Positions 10,001-22,371 of a stretch of DNA of 55,707 nucleotides are shown in pieces. The notes under the pieces are model-generated. The model ran no database searches, was not told the origin of the DNA, and saw nothing but the letters and a program-made list of their open reading frames with translations. Location: assembly GCA_043228905.1 (NCBI GenBank), contig JBHGNT010000193.1, forward strand, positions 1 to 55,707, given 5' to 3'. The stretch comes from Azolla caroliniana (lineage: Eukaryota > Plantae > Polypodiophyta). A program made the translations under genes and the position numbers. Each line of letters starts with the position of its first letter. Position 1 is the first letter of the stretch.

Positions 10001-13000
10001 ATATGAGGGCCTTTTAATATGGTCTATCAACTCATAAATGAGAAACTTAAGGAGTCCATCCCATGCAAATCACTCAGAAGAGGCCGGAGTCTGCACAAAA
10101 GATTTTCTAACTATTACAAGACCCTTGATTGTTAGAAATATGTGGTTCTAAGGTCATGATAAATAGGATCCTTACAATGACATCCAACCCATGGAATGAA
10201 ATGCCTAGGTACCATTAGCCACCATTTAAACGAGGCATTCGATGAAGGTATCGGTTTTAATAATGGTAAAAAACATGCCACACTAAATGGAAAGCCTATT
10301 TACAGCTTTTGTAATCTTTGCCCACATTGCATTCACAAATGAATGTTTGCACTTGTGAAGACTGTGGACCGAAAGTAGAAAATGGTGTCATGTGAGCAGA
10401 AAGTTATGACTCAAGCTTGAGCTGGAGTTGGTAGTCCTTTGTCAACCACAATGGAACTTTGGTGGCAAGATAATAAGGACATGCTCAGCTGGCTATTTAA
10501 AATTAAAACTGGGCTGACGATCAGTATGAACTGATAGTAAGTGGTTGTGGAGTCGTCAAAATTGGTTGCATAACTATCATGGTGGAAGCAACATGATTGT
10601 AACAGCTTTGGGAACTCTTTGGAATATGTTAGCAACATTTGGTCTACAAGTTGCAACAATTTGTAAACGGTTGCTTCATAAGAGATATTTTGCAGTAATC
10701 CGACACACGAATGTTCCAGATCAAATTATGATGGAGATAATACATTGCTTATTTGACACACAAGGGTATAATTTAACTGAATCCCCCTTCTTGGTTACTT
10801 CTGCAGATTAGATAGTTGAGCTTTAGCTTCTCTTAATAATAGAAAAGTTTTCTTTCTTTAATTAAGTGTCACTCTTTCATGGCTCTCCAAATCCTCTTGG
10901 GAGAGAACCCATAAGGGTATGGATAGATTGTACTACGAGTAGTATTGTCTCTCTTGCGAAGCTTCAAAAAGTCTGGAGTCATCTTCTACAGAACAATGTA
11001 TTTCATATGATATCTATATCTAACTCTTATGATTCATGTCACTCTTTCTCCAGGAGTTCAATGTAAAGGCTCATCCAGTCAGCAAGCCACATTTTGTGGG
11101 TAGATTTTTACAAGGTCTTCCATCATTATCAAGAAAGAAGAGTGGTGATCCAAAGTGGACCATGCAAAGAGAGGGTCTGCAAGGTCGCCAACTTACTGAT
11201 GCTCTTCGGGTATTTTTCTTTTTTATGTTGCTTGTACCGTTTATGTATCAATTGTATGTCAGAATAAGTTAATAATGAATGGTTTGGAATACAATATTTT
11301 CGAAGAATCATTTAGAGAAGAGGATGCAAAAAATTATATTGGCATGCACATAGTTTGACAATATTTTAGGTCATACTACAGATTTCACCTATGGTAAGGA
11401 TAGATCTTTGTTAGCAATTCAGTGAATATTTTTCTTCATGCTGCCTGGAGTAATTTTATAATCGTACATACCACACTGAATTGAACATAGGTGCTCTTTT
11501 CCATGAGATTGCTGCTTTGATTCGTTGTGTCTGTATGTCAATTGTCTATGTGCTTGGATATTTGGATATTTGATTATTCATTTCATTCTTGAAAACAGAT
11601 ATGAAAAATAAAAAAATGGATTTAAGGCCCACGCTTATTGTAACGATACCTGAATATAGGAGAAATATAAGGCAAAACCATGGCTCTTGGAAGACGACCA
11701 AGTAATTTTATAATCGTACATACCACACTGAATTGAACATAGGTGCTCTTTTCCATGAGATTGCTGCTTTGATTTGTTGTGTCTGTATGTCAATTGTCTA
11801 TGTGCTTGGATATTTGGATTTTTAATTATTCATTTCATTCTTGAAAACAGATATGAAAAATAAAAAAATGGATTTAAGGCCCACGCTTATTGTAACGATA
11901 CCTGAATATAGGAGAAATATAAGGCAAAACCATGGCTCTTGGAAGACGACCAAGGACATCAGTCATTTCAAGGGGTACTAGAGGGTGGACAACAAGCTTC
12001 TTATTACCTTTTAATGATGCATGGAAAAGACTTTCTGGCTATGCCTGCAGGTTCTTGGTATGAGTTCATCACTTTTTTAAGATCTATTTTACATAGTTGC
12101 CATCTGCATAGAAATGTTCCTCACTTACATGATCCTATATGTGAATAATATACAGAGGTATTTTAAGGAATCAAATATGGATGCATAACAGGAAAATTGA
12201 CGTCTCGTAAAAGTCCAAAATGACCCACAAGGCTGAGCATGAGAAAGAAAAAAAGTAATAGTATTGTCTACAAAAGGCTAAACTGACTTATGAGACCAGA
12301 ACGTTCTTAGAAATGTTTTAGCACACACATGATTGTATCTAGTCATAAATATGATAGATTGTCTGTAAACAAGTTAAAAGCTAAACTTGAGGTGTCCTCA
12401 GTATCCCTTATTTGTTATTTTATTTCAGAGGGTTTACATTAGTGTCGTCTATGGCTTCTATGGCAGGCTTTTTGAGATTGTAAGTGTGGGGAATAGGTTC
12501 TCAAGGTATTGCCTGTTTCCTCTATTTAAGGTGACTCCTCTAAGGTGTGTTCTATTGTTTGTTGAGGGTCAGAAGTTATGTGATGATGAATATAGGTGTT
12601 GAAAATCTACTTCCTAAATTGCAGCACTTTATTGTTAACATAGTCCATTGAATCTTAATGTTTGGGATATCTTTGATGCTTAAATTTATAGATTGTTTTT
12701 TTTCATTGTTTATTGTATCATATGATTCAAATAGGGCTTTTGATGGTTCAAAATTACACCTATTCTCAAAATTGTAACATTTTATTGTCATTGTGGTCTA
12801 CTGAACCTAATGTTTGGGATATCTTTAATGCTTAAATTTAGTGATTGTTTTTTTCCCACTGTATGTATCATATTGTAAATACACCATCCTGGTACACCAC
12901 TACACCACATATATGGTGTTGTATGACTTAACAAACTAGGTGCCCATTCACATCCATAGTTCTCCTCTGTTTCAAGCACTTGACCAGAGCGAAGCTTGGC

Positions 13001-16000
13001 AGCCCAGAGATGGTCCAACTAGAATTGACTTTCAATATGCGGAATTGCATTCAATTGTAAAGTTTAACCCTATAATGTCGCTTCATGTTAGGTACTCATA
13101 CCAATGTTAGATCCCTCTGCTCTTCCACAACTCCTTCCTTCACATTTTCCCACTACATCATACTCTTTGCCCCTTCAAATCACTTTCTCTAGGGCCTAGG
13201 ATGTCTACCTTTCCAAAACTTCAAATTTCTATTGAATAATAGGATAAATATCTATCCCAAACCAACAAAGAGAGCAATGGTAAAAATCTCCGTAGATCTG
13301 TTCAGGTGTAAATGTAAATTAACTCTTGGGGGTTTAATAACATCCATCCCAGTAATAGCAACTTTTAAGGAGTTTTTTGGTTCACATCCCTTATCACAAT
13401 TTCTAGACCAAACCAATCCACAATCAAAACTAGTTCATAGAAGGAGAACTTGCCTATTTCTAAAAGAGGAAAATCATTTGCAGGTATAATTTTCATAAAG
13501 TAGCGAATTACAAGCAACTTACACTAGAGGAAGCCGAAGAGCAAATGAAGAATCGACGTAAAACTGCAGATGGATATCAGCGTTGGCTGATGAAAGCTGC
13601 AAACACTGGTGCGGCTGCTTTCGGTGAAATTGAAAAAGGAAGTGGTGGTGGTGGTGGTAGTGGTGGAGGTGGGGGTCGTGGTGGTTTCCGCAGAAGGGCT
13701 GATGATGAAGACGAGGCTGCTTTCTCTGATAAAGGAGAGGAAGATGCTGATGATGAGGAGGATAGAAAGAATAGGCTTGGCATGAACAAAAAAGGAGGTG
13801 ATGAAGATGGAGAAGAGCCTGCTAAAAGGGATGACTTTGAATTCGATGATGAGGATGCAGAAAAAGGTATTTGGTCTTAGGGTTATTTGAGAGTATAGTT
13901 TCTATAAATTGATTATGATTGCCGTCTATATTGTTCCTGGCAATTTATTGCAGGTGATGATTGGGAACATGAAGAAACTTTTACTGATGATGATGAAGCA
14001 GTTGGTAATGACCCAGAAGAGAGAGAGGATCAAGCTCCTGAGCTTCCTGCTCCACCTGAAATCAAAGAGGTGGCCATTAATAGTATCAATATACTCCATT
14101 TTTTAATATTTGCGTTCACAATGAGGCTACACCATCTAACATCTTATTTACAATATTGTGGTTTCTACGCTCTTAACTTGTGTTCATGAAATTGGGTTAG
14201 TCCAATAATATGTGAATCTGTTCTAAAACATCATAATTTTTGCAGCTACAAAATATTTCTATTTTTCCTGAAATGAATTTTGAAGCTTCTTACATGTATA
14301 TCCATGCTATCTAACAACTGTATTTCCATGACAGGAAGAAGAAGACGCAGAAGGAGAACAGGAAGATGGGCAGCAAGATAAGGGTGGTTTAAGTGAATCA
14401 GGGTTAGAGTTAAAGAAGCTGCTTGGAAAATCTGCTGGTTTAGATGAATCAGATGAGGAGTCCTCAGATGAAGATGTAAGTAGTAATTATATGGAAGCTA
14501 TAAACAATGACAAATATATCTTTCTGACGAGCATTATTTATTATGTAGACTGTTATCAGCAAAATGCTGATTCTTTCTATGAGTATTTTTAGATTGATAT
14601 GGACAATGAGGACAACGTATCTCCTGTTCTTGCTCCGAAACGAAAAGAAGTACCTAAGGAAGAATCCATGGAAACTACACCTGTAAAAGCTGCCGCTGTA
14701 GCAGCAGGACGCACAACCCCAGCATCTAGTGTGGCACCCAAAGGCAAAAGGAAGGCTGGTGCCGATGAATCAAAATCTGGTCCACCTGCAAGTTCTAAGA
14801 AAGTCAAAGCAGAAACTACACAAGAGGTTAAATGCTATAACTCTATCAGTATAAAAACACCAAAGTATCCCTAACCTTATGGATGTTGACTAGAGTACCC
14901 CCTAAGTCTCCAAACGTACCAAACTCCTGTTTTGTAATGCACAAATTTATTACTTCAGTGAACTATTCTGCTGATTCTTAAAACTTTTCAGGATATTCTG
15001 AACTTCTGGTAAAATGTCAATTGAAGACTTCATTCTAAGGATCCAGAATTTTTTTCTATAGCAGGATGCCAAGCTTTTGAAAAAAGAATCTTCTGTATCC
15101 ACATTGTCATCAACATCAACAACCAAGGGAATTGTGTCACCTGCCAAAGGTGGAGGTGCAATGCAAACAAAAACTGGCTCCCAAGTGCTTGGAGGGGTCA
15201 CTGAAGAAGATGTAAAGGCAGTGCTGAAGCAATCTGGACCTATTAAGAGTCACGACCTGGTCAACAAGTTCAAAAGTAGATTGATGACAGCTGAGGTTAG
15301 TTTTAAGGATAAAAAAGGCCTTAATATAGTTTCGTTTTTGTATGTTGTTGATGGTTACTGTGTAAATATTGTTGGGATGCATTCAGATCAGTGTTCTATG
15401 CTTGTGCATGGCTTCCTTTAGAGCCATATAAGATTTTGTATGTGTGTGCATATTTAAGATACCATTCATATTATCTTTTTCTTCCAAAGGTGACACTAAC
15501 AAATTCTCTATTTTTAGTTAGAGAAAGAAAGAGAGAGATATATTAACATCTTTTAATAGGCCAAAATGGCCTATAAGACCAAACAAGAGATTACATCTTA
15601 TCAGAACATTTAAGATTCTCAGATCAAAAAAATTGTAATTTTTGTTTTTGAAAGGTCTCTAGTCTAGGTTGATCCAGAATGTAAAGGTCTCTGAAGCAAG
15701 GGAAGCACCTGCAATAGCGGGAGATAATAGCCTTTATCTGTCAATGACAAAGGGTGAGATCGTGGTCCATGAGGCCAGGCCCTACATGCACGACAACTTG
15801 CTCTTGCCCGATCTATTGTAGCCACTTTGTTATGTCCTGGTTGGGAACCCATTTCTGTGGCCCTTGATTTGAGTGATGGGGCTAAAGAATGTTGTGATTG
15901 TCCTTTGTTGATGAGTTTGTGTAGCTGTACTGTTGTCCTTCAACAACTTTTCCATGTGTCTCCTGTGTTCTAGCAAGAAAAGACTAAGCATCTTTTGTCC

Positions 16001-16728
16001 TCATATTCCATTACCTTCCATATTGGGTCAAAGCCTTGGTTAAAGAGGCAATGGTATCTCCCTCTTATTTCATAAAAAACGCTACAGGATAAACATAGTG
16101 ATGAAGTTCGCAGCTGCCCTATCACACTGTGCAGTGCATAGGATAGATGTATGTCCATATAAACGAGAAAGATACACTAAGGCTCCTAGAGCCCAAAATT
16201 GGCCTATGAGACAAATCATGATTACAAATATGGGTGAATTCATGTCATCCCTAAGAAAACAAGAATAAAATTTCTAGGTTTCCTAGAGCTATGATCAATA
16301 TCTGAATGCATGTGGTGGAATGATTCTGAGATGTTCTACAAGCAAGAAGGAGAGATATCTTGTTCACGGATACATGGATTTTATCATGCAACTATTTAGG
16401 ACTGCTCTTCTAAATTCTTTGGGCCTATTCCCATGAATATGTAAGGTTCATTCATGCATAAACCTTTCACATACGTATGGATTATCTCCATCTACATATT
16501 TGCTTACATTCCTTTAAACAAACCTTAGCATACAACAGCAACTGAGCTTTTCCCCAATATATGGGTGGCATATGGAATAGTTCGTTAGTTTTATGATGTA
16601 GTTATGAACAATTATGTAGTTTTGCGATGTATATGCAGGATAAAGCAGCTTTTGCTGGTGTGCTGAAGAATATATCAAGGATCCATAAAACAAATGCAGG
16701 GAACTTTATTGTACTACGGGAGAAATAA
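7034..16728 (+). CDS. RAP74: Transcription initiation factor IIF alpha subunit (RAP74), 9 exons, about 555 aa
   Basis: Exons 7034-7204, 11054-11209, 11912-12057, 13484-13866, 13954-14069, 14335-14475, 14593-14826, 15065-15295, 16639-16728, all GT-AG, total 1668 nt. Motifs [52 protein letters not shown]-terminal FIVLREK. Confidence 0.95.
8611..9240. repeat. Diverged tandem duplication of about 315 bp in TFIIF intron 1
   Basis: cactctccagaatacttgggttaaagtaacagt... recurs as cactctctagagtgctcgggttaaagcaacagt... with collinear similarity through gtagtgtctagattc. Confidence 0.8.
11450..11953. repeat. 252-bp tandem duplication spanning the intron 2/exon 3 boundary of TFIIF alpha
   Basis: Copies 11450-11701 and 11702-11953 differ at only a few positions; AG microhomology at the junction. 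Confidence 0.95.
12608..12875. repeat. Diverged tandem duplication of about 150 bp in TFIIF intron 3
   Basis: taatgtttgggatatcttt(g/a)atgcttaaattta shared; antisense ORFs both read [15 protein letters not shown]. Confidence 0.8.
13331..13447 (+). pseudogene. rpoB: Plastid rpoB fragment (NUPT) in TFIIF intron 3
   Basis: Translates to [39 protein letters not shown], matching the plastid Rpo[19 protein letters not shown] signature. Confidence 0.88.
15520..16160 (-). mobile_element. 5'-truncated LINE fragment related to the 1433-6860 element, in TFIIF intron 8
   Basis: [20 protein letters not shown]...[11 protein letters not shown] parallels LDTFLSNALRVAIGRLRISS...CPTYAEIRAEY of ORF2 (internal deletion); 3' end taggccattttggccta...gttaatatatc plus CT/CTTT tail. 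Confidence 0.85.
16161..16330 (-). mobile_element. Second LINE 3'-end fragment abutting the first
   Basis: Minus strand tttgtctcataggccaattttgggc...tatctttctc matches tttgtctcatgggccaattttggcc...tatctttc at 6787-6835; upper boundary approximate. Confidence 0.7.
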
Positions 16729-18864
16729 GCAGAGTAATAATTGTGCCTGAAATATGTATTTTCGACCCGGACCCAAATTGGAAAAGATTGCTGATCACTA
16801 CTTGTTAAACAAAGCAAGTTGATTCTCATGCTAATACATTAATGGATCAGAGTATTTGTCAGGAGTTGAAAGAATGCTAACAATAGGTAAACCTAACAGT
16901 TCGTAAATGTAATGTCGATTTGGTTTTTTCTGAGGTAAAACATCTATATCACAACTTGGTCTCCGGCATCCCAATTTTTGGAATTATACATATAACATGG
17001 CTTTTATACATATCCTTGCATTCTGTTTTGACTATTTTTTATTTGCAATTTAACTAATCACTGAATATATGGAGCGACCACACAAAATATGGATTCTCTT
17101 TGGCTTCATTGTATAAGGCAACAATATCAGGCAAGTATAATAGAAGCTTACAATATCAGGCAACAAATATTTTCATGTTGATTGTGCTACAAAAAGCCAA
17201 ATCATGCACCCCACACTTTTATTGATTGGCATAATATGTTGCCTGATGTATGAAAAGTTTTGTTCTATTCATTGAGAAATTATGATTCTGCATGAACTGA
17301 TCCAGAACCAAACCCTCATAATTTTCTTGGTATGGGAACCTTGGCGAAAACTTGCATGGTATCAAATCACTGTGTGAGTCTGTAAAAGGTATATTATGTC
17401 TGTTTTATAAATGGTTATGCAAAATATAATGTCTATCGTAGTGTCGGCTGTGTTTTATTAAGCCCAAGATGGCTTAATTTACAGAATCTTAGCTTTAAAC
17501 CTATCTCGTTTGGAAGTGATGGTACTTTGGTTAAGGGACATAATAGTTGCATCATGAAGATACCTGATTGTCAAATTCCTCTCAGTTGTCAGTGGACCTG
17601 TTGTACTGTTTGATTGATTGTTGTTGACGGATTGCTTTGAAAATAAAAGTAAGATTTTAACTGTGGGGGGTATACAGCTACTGTTCTCACCAAGGGCCCT
17701 GAAAGTGTGATATTGTGCTCTCAGTTAAAAAAGTAAATACATCACTACACTCACTGAAGGGAACGACATTAATTTCGTGATGCCAATTATTTAAAGATTG
17801 TGTTCCAATAATTAATGAATACTTAATTATTATATTTTATGGAATGCAAGGCTTGAACATGAAATATTTTATAAAATGTGGGTTTAAAGAATCTTTATTT
17901 TGTTTCGCCGCATCTCTCATATGAAGTATGGTGGCATGTTGAATTGAGTGGAAAGTGCTTTGTGAGTCTACCCACATAGGCAAACCAATAAGATACCCAT
18001 AACATTTGGGATATAATACATATAAGAACATCCCTTAGTTTGTGAGAATGTGCTATAGCTTCATACTAATTATTTTATAGCTTATTGCGAATCTAGTAAT
18101 TGTTCAAAAGGCTAGGTGTATTTTGTGGTCTTGCCCAAAATAAAATTGAATTATAGGTATTTCATCTTATGCCTACCTTGTAAGAACCATAGCATAAATT
18201 TGTCTTGAGTTTCCAATGTGCAATTGTAATGTTTCGACAATATCTCACATAATGCTCTCTTTTAGATGGTTTATTCCAACTAAAAAAACAGGACATTATT
18301 TCCCTTAACAATCAGCAAAAGAGTTCTTTACGTGATACAAAGAATCCAACCATAGACACGATGAAAAACCTACATGACACACTTTCTCAATACACAACAA
18401 TGTTCACAACATTCCATACACTTACGATGAAGAAACCATCCATGCACCGAGACGAAGAAACGATTGCAGTGCCTCGTCCATCCATCACACGCCATGTTTG
18501 ATGCGATCGTTAGTGATTCTCGGTTTGCTGGTCGTAGTGTGGTTTCTGCTACACACGCTCGTTGACAAACATGAAGCGTTTTGGAGCCATGAAGAGATAG
18601 AGCACAAATGTGTCTCTTCGTCGACAAGCATTCTTCGGCATTTGTCCTAGAAGACGGCCCTCATTGTTGAGAGTTTGGAGTAAGCCTATGGTTTGTGTGG
18701 AGTAAGAATCCCCTCCCCGCCCCCCCAAGGGGCAGTTTCTCGAATTTTCAAAAACCAAAAACCCTCCTGCGTCTATCTATCTATCTATCTATGTAATTGC
18801 GTTTCGATCGGTCGCGGGTTCGAATCCCCTCAGAACGAGTTTGCGTGCGATCCATCTTCTCGCC

Positions 18865-21648
18865 ATGGCTCCAGCAGCAGCAGCAGCAGCAGCAGCAGAA
18901 GGAGACGACGCAGAAGCAGACGGAAATGCCGACGATCATCCGCTCCCTGTACATTCCTCCTTCGATCCTCCTCTATCCCTTCTCCAGGAGCTTTCCGCAG
19001 AACGAGAAGCGCGGAAAGCTGCCGAGGCCTCCAGGTATGACCTTCAGGTTGCTTTCTCTCGCCTCAAGACCTTCGCGCTCGAAGCCGTTCGTCAGAGAGA
19101 CGACGCCGTAAGGCTCAGATGTGAGGTTGAATCGTCGAAGGAAGACTTTGAGCAGAGACTCGGTGAAGCTTTACGATGGAGGAATGAGGCATTTCAGCAG
19201 AGAGATGAGGCGTTTCAGCAGAGGAATGACGCAATTAAGGAGAGAGATGAGGCTCTCAGACAGAGAAACGAAGCTTTTGGATCATTAGAGGAGGCTTATT
19301 TGCATAAGGATATTGCGATTCATGGCAGAGATAACTCTAGATCTGATATTGAAATTGCTACGAAATTGCTTGTTGCTGGAGCGGATCTCATTACTACTAG
19401 GGTTTCTTGTGTTAAGAGGTTTCCTAATACACTTCCCAGGTCTTCTTCTTACACAGGTCTTTCTGCCATTGCTTATGGTTTCTCAAAAAGGTCTGAAGAG
19501 ATTGTGAACGAGTTGCTCAGCCAATATGATAGCGCTGTTAAAAAAAACTATGCCTTCTCAGAGCAGATGGATCGTCAACATAACCAGATTAATCTTAAGG
19601 TTTCTGAACTAGAGTCCACCATTGCGGTTTTAGAAGGAAATCTATCAAAAAAGACATTGGAAGTTGAGAAATGTCGAGAGTTAATTGCAGAAAAAGAAGA
19701 AAAAATCTTGGAGATTGAACGAATTGCATCACAGAAGATTGTTGAAGATGGAAATGAAAGCCTCAAGCTAGCAAATGCATTAAGGCTCGTGGAATCAAAG
19801 GCAGAAAATGTGAAAGTATCTAGCCATGAGTTGTCACAATTGATTTCAAAGATACATGAGATGATAGCAAGTTATGCAAACGTATTTTTCCCTGTTCATT
19901 TCCATTCAACCGCTGAAGCTTCTACGGTTGATGAGGCTGATGAGTGCATTCGTGATTCCATCGATAGATTGAATGAGATTCTGAAACTTTTCTCTAAACT
20001 AGCAGCAACTTGGGAGGAACAATTAGAGTTGAGGAAAAAGGCTTTAGAGGATACCGAAGGAACTATATCCAGACTTATAGTGGAAAAGAAGGAAATCACA
20101 AATTTCCTTGAAAGTGCGATCGCAGTGAAACAAGAGATGCTGGAAGCATTTTCCAAGCTTAGTTTGGACAGTAACCACAATTTAAATACAAAAACCAAGA
20201 ACAGGGATACAAGAAAAGAGACTATTTCAGGAACCGAGAACTCGCTCAATGAAGAGCTCAAAGTAGAGACATCTGGCAGGGTATGCAATGGTTTTATCAT
20301 AAGAAACTTTGTTATGAAATCTGTCTCAGTATTTCTAATTGCCTTTTTTTGTCTGGTTTAAACAGATAGCTGCATTAGAGGATAGTTTAAAGAAGTCGAG
20401 ACAAGAAATCTTTGAACTCCAACGTTTATTAGCTGTCTCCAGGTTTTCTATTGCTTAGATAGCAAAATAATGTTCTATCAAACCATTCTTTCTATTTACG
20501 AGTAACCTTGGATTTGACAATGGACAGGGGTGAGGTGGAATGGTTACGAATAACTTTGGAACGCCATGTAAAAGAATTATCAGTCAAGGGCGATAAAATT
20601 AAAGACTTTGAAGAGGAAAGGCTCCTTGTAGAAGAAACTGTATGGAATTGCTTGATTTTAAGAACTTGAGAAACTATTGTCTTGAAGGTTGAATCAAGAA
20701 ACTAAATTTCATTTTGTAATTATGTGGCTTTGAAGATTAATAGTTTCAAGAGAGACTTGGCAGCAGCAGAAGAAAACATATTGCTTTGGAAGCAAGCTGC
20801 TACAAAAGAAGCCGAGTCTGGAGCCCATATGCTTGAGGAGTTGGAGAAATGCCAAGAACAAGTAAGTTCAGCAGAAAGATAGTAAAATTTCAAGGATATA
20901 TTTCATTTTTAATAATTATGGACAAAATGTGGAAATGGTGTATGTTGATTTGCTGACATGATGAGATTCACTTTATCCATTGATTCAAGTTGCATAACCT
21001 AGAGTGTGCATAGAATACGCCATCTAGATAGATAGCACATAGTGCAAGTTCATGCACCAGGATAAATGAAATTTAATTTAGAGGAACATAATTCGTATTA
21101 GGCGATGAAATCTTGTACACGTGGAATAATGTAATGGGTATATTATCCTCTTCTATTTGCATGCTTATGATTCTCTCACATTCCTTGTACAGATTCTTGC
21201 CCTTTTTGTGCAGAATTATGTTCCCTTTGATTTCTTAATTTTTAAGTTTCAGAACATCCTTCCTGTGTGCTGATGATGGTAATGAAACCTTCACCAGACT
21301 GCTGTCCTCAAGGAGCAAATACGACAGCTCAACTATGCATTGGAAGATTCCAAGAGCAAGCTTCGGTCAAAAGAGGAGATGGCAACTACTGCCATAGCTG
21401 CACGTAGTGCTGCAGAACGTTCTCTTCAGATTGCGGACGACCGTGCATTAGAATTAAGGAAGAAGATTGAAGTTATGACAAGACAGTTTGAGCTCTTGGA
21501 TGGAATAGATGATGGGATTACTTCTGTAGGATGGCTGGATGCATGTTGGCCATATAAACGGCAAAGTAATAGGATTTCTCAGACAAAAGGCAATCGAAAT
21601 GGCCGGTTTGGAGCTGAAATGGAAAAGCTTTTGGAGCCATTTGTATAG
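18865..21648 (+). CDS. At3g49055/At1g24560-like coiled-coil protein, 5 exons
   Basis: Exons 18865-20280, 20366-20442, 20528-20639, 20736-20861, 21298-21648 in phase. Family-like motifs LPRSSSYTGLSAIAYG, KEEMATTAIAARSAAERSLQIAD, CWP; QRDEA heptad repeats. Confidence 0.85.
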
Positions 21649-22238
21649 CTGTAAAATGAGTTACATGTATAAAAGTTACATGATCATGAATAATATAAAT
21701 ACAATTTGTGGAATGCCTGTCATGCAATATATCATATCAAACTGTTAAGAGAGTCAGACTGTTGTATAGTTGAGTAAAGTCTACTTATTGTCACAGAAGG
21801 CATGTGCATTATTTGGAAGCCAATTTATTTTATGTTTCATTGATCCAAGACTAGGTATATTACATACTTTTTCTGTGGTTGCCAAGGCTACTAGAGGATG
21901 ACAGTTTATGAAATCACAGTTGATAACAAAGGTAGATAAAAGAAATCATGAAAATAACCTCTGGAAACTTGGATGTGGAAATTTTCATTAGAAAGACGTC
22001 CGGTCCGGGAAGCAGAACATAAAGACTAGATACTGTCTCCTTCCCAAATCCATGGATATAAAGCATGCTTGCTTGGCTAGATACAGAGAGATATTTATTC
22101 TGGTATTCTGATACTTATCTGGGCTGCAGAGAGGTATGAATTCTGATATTCTGATACTTATCAATAAACTAGAGTAGTGCGTCAGTGGCAAAGAATGAAG
22201 TCATATGCAATATATCATCATGTTGAGCATTGCAATGT

Positions 22239-22371
22239 CAATTAAGTTTTTGTATAAAGCTGATTGCAGGAATAAGTGTTAAGTACTCACTATACTAACC
22301 AAACACAATTAAGTTTTTGTATAAAGCTGATTGCAGGAATAAGTGTAAGTACTCACTATACTAACCAAACA
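22239..22371. repeat. 67-bp near-perfect tandem duplication
   Basis: caattaagtttttgtataaagctgattgcaggaataagtgt(t/a)aagtactcactatactaaccaaaca x2. Confidence 0.92.

Noticed and set aside
9750-10700. Possible decayed L1-type fragment in TFIIF intron 1 (similar hint at about 54050-54330)
   Set aside because: Only faint motif traces; cannot be supported without a search.
18795-18840. tRNA gene
   Set aside because: Only a T-arm-like segment; no acceptor stem, D arm or anticodon arm.
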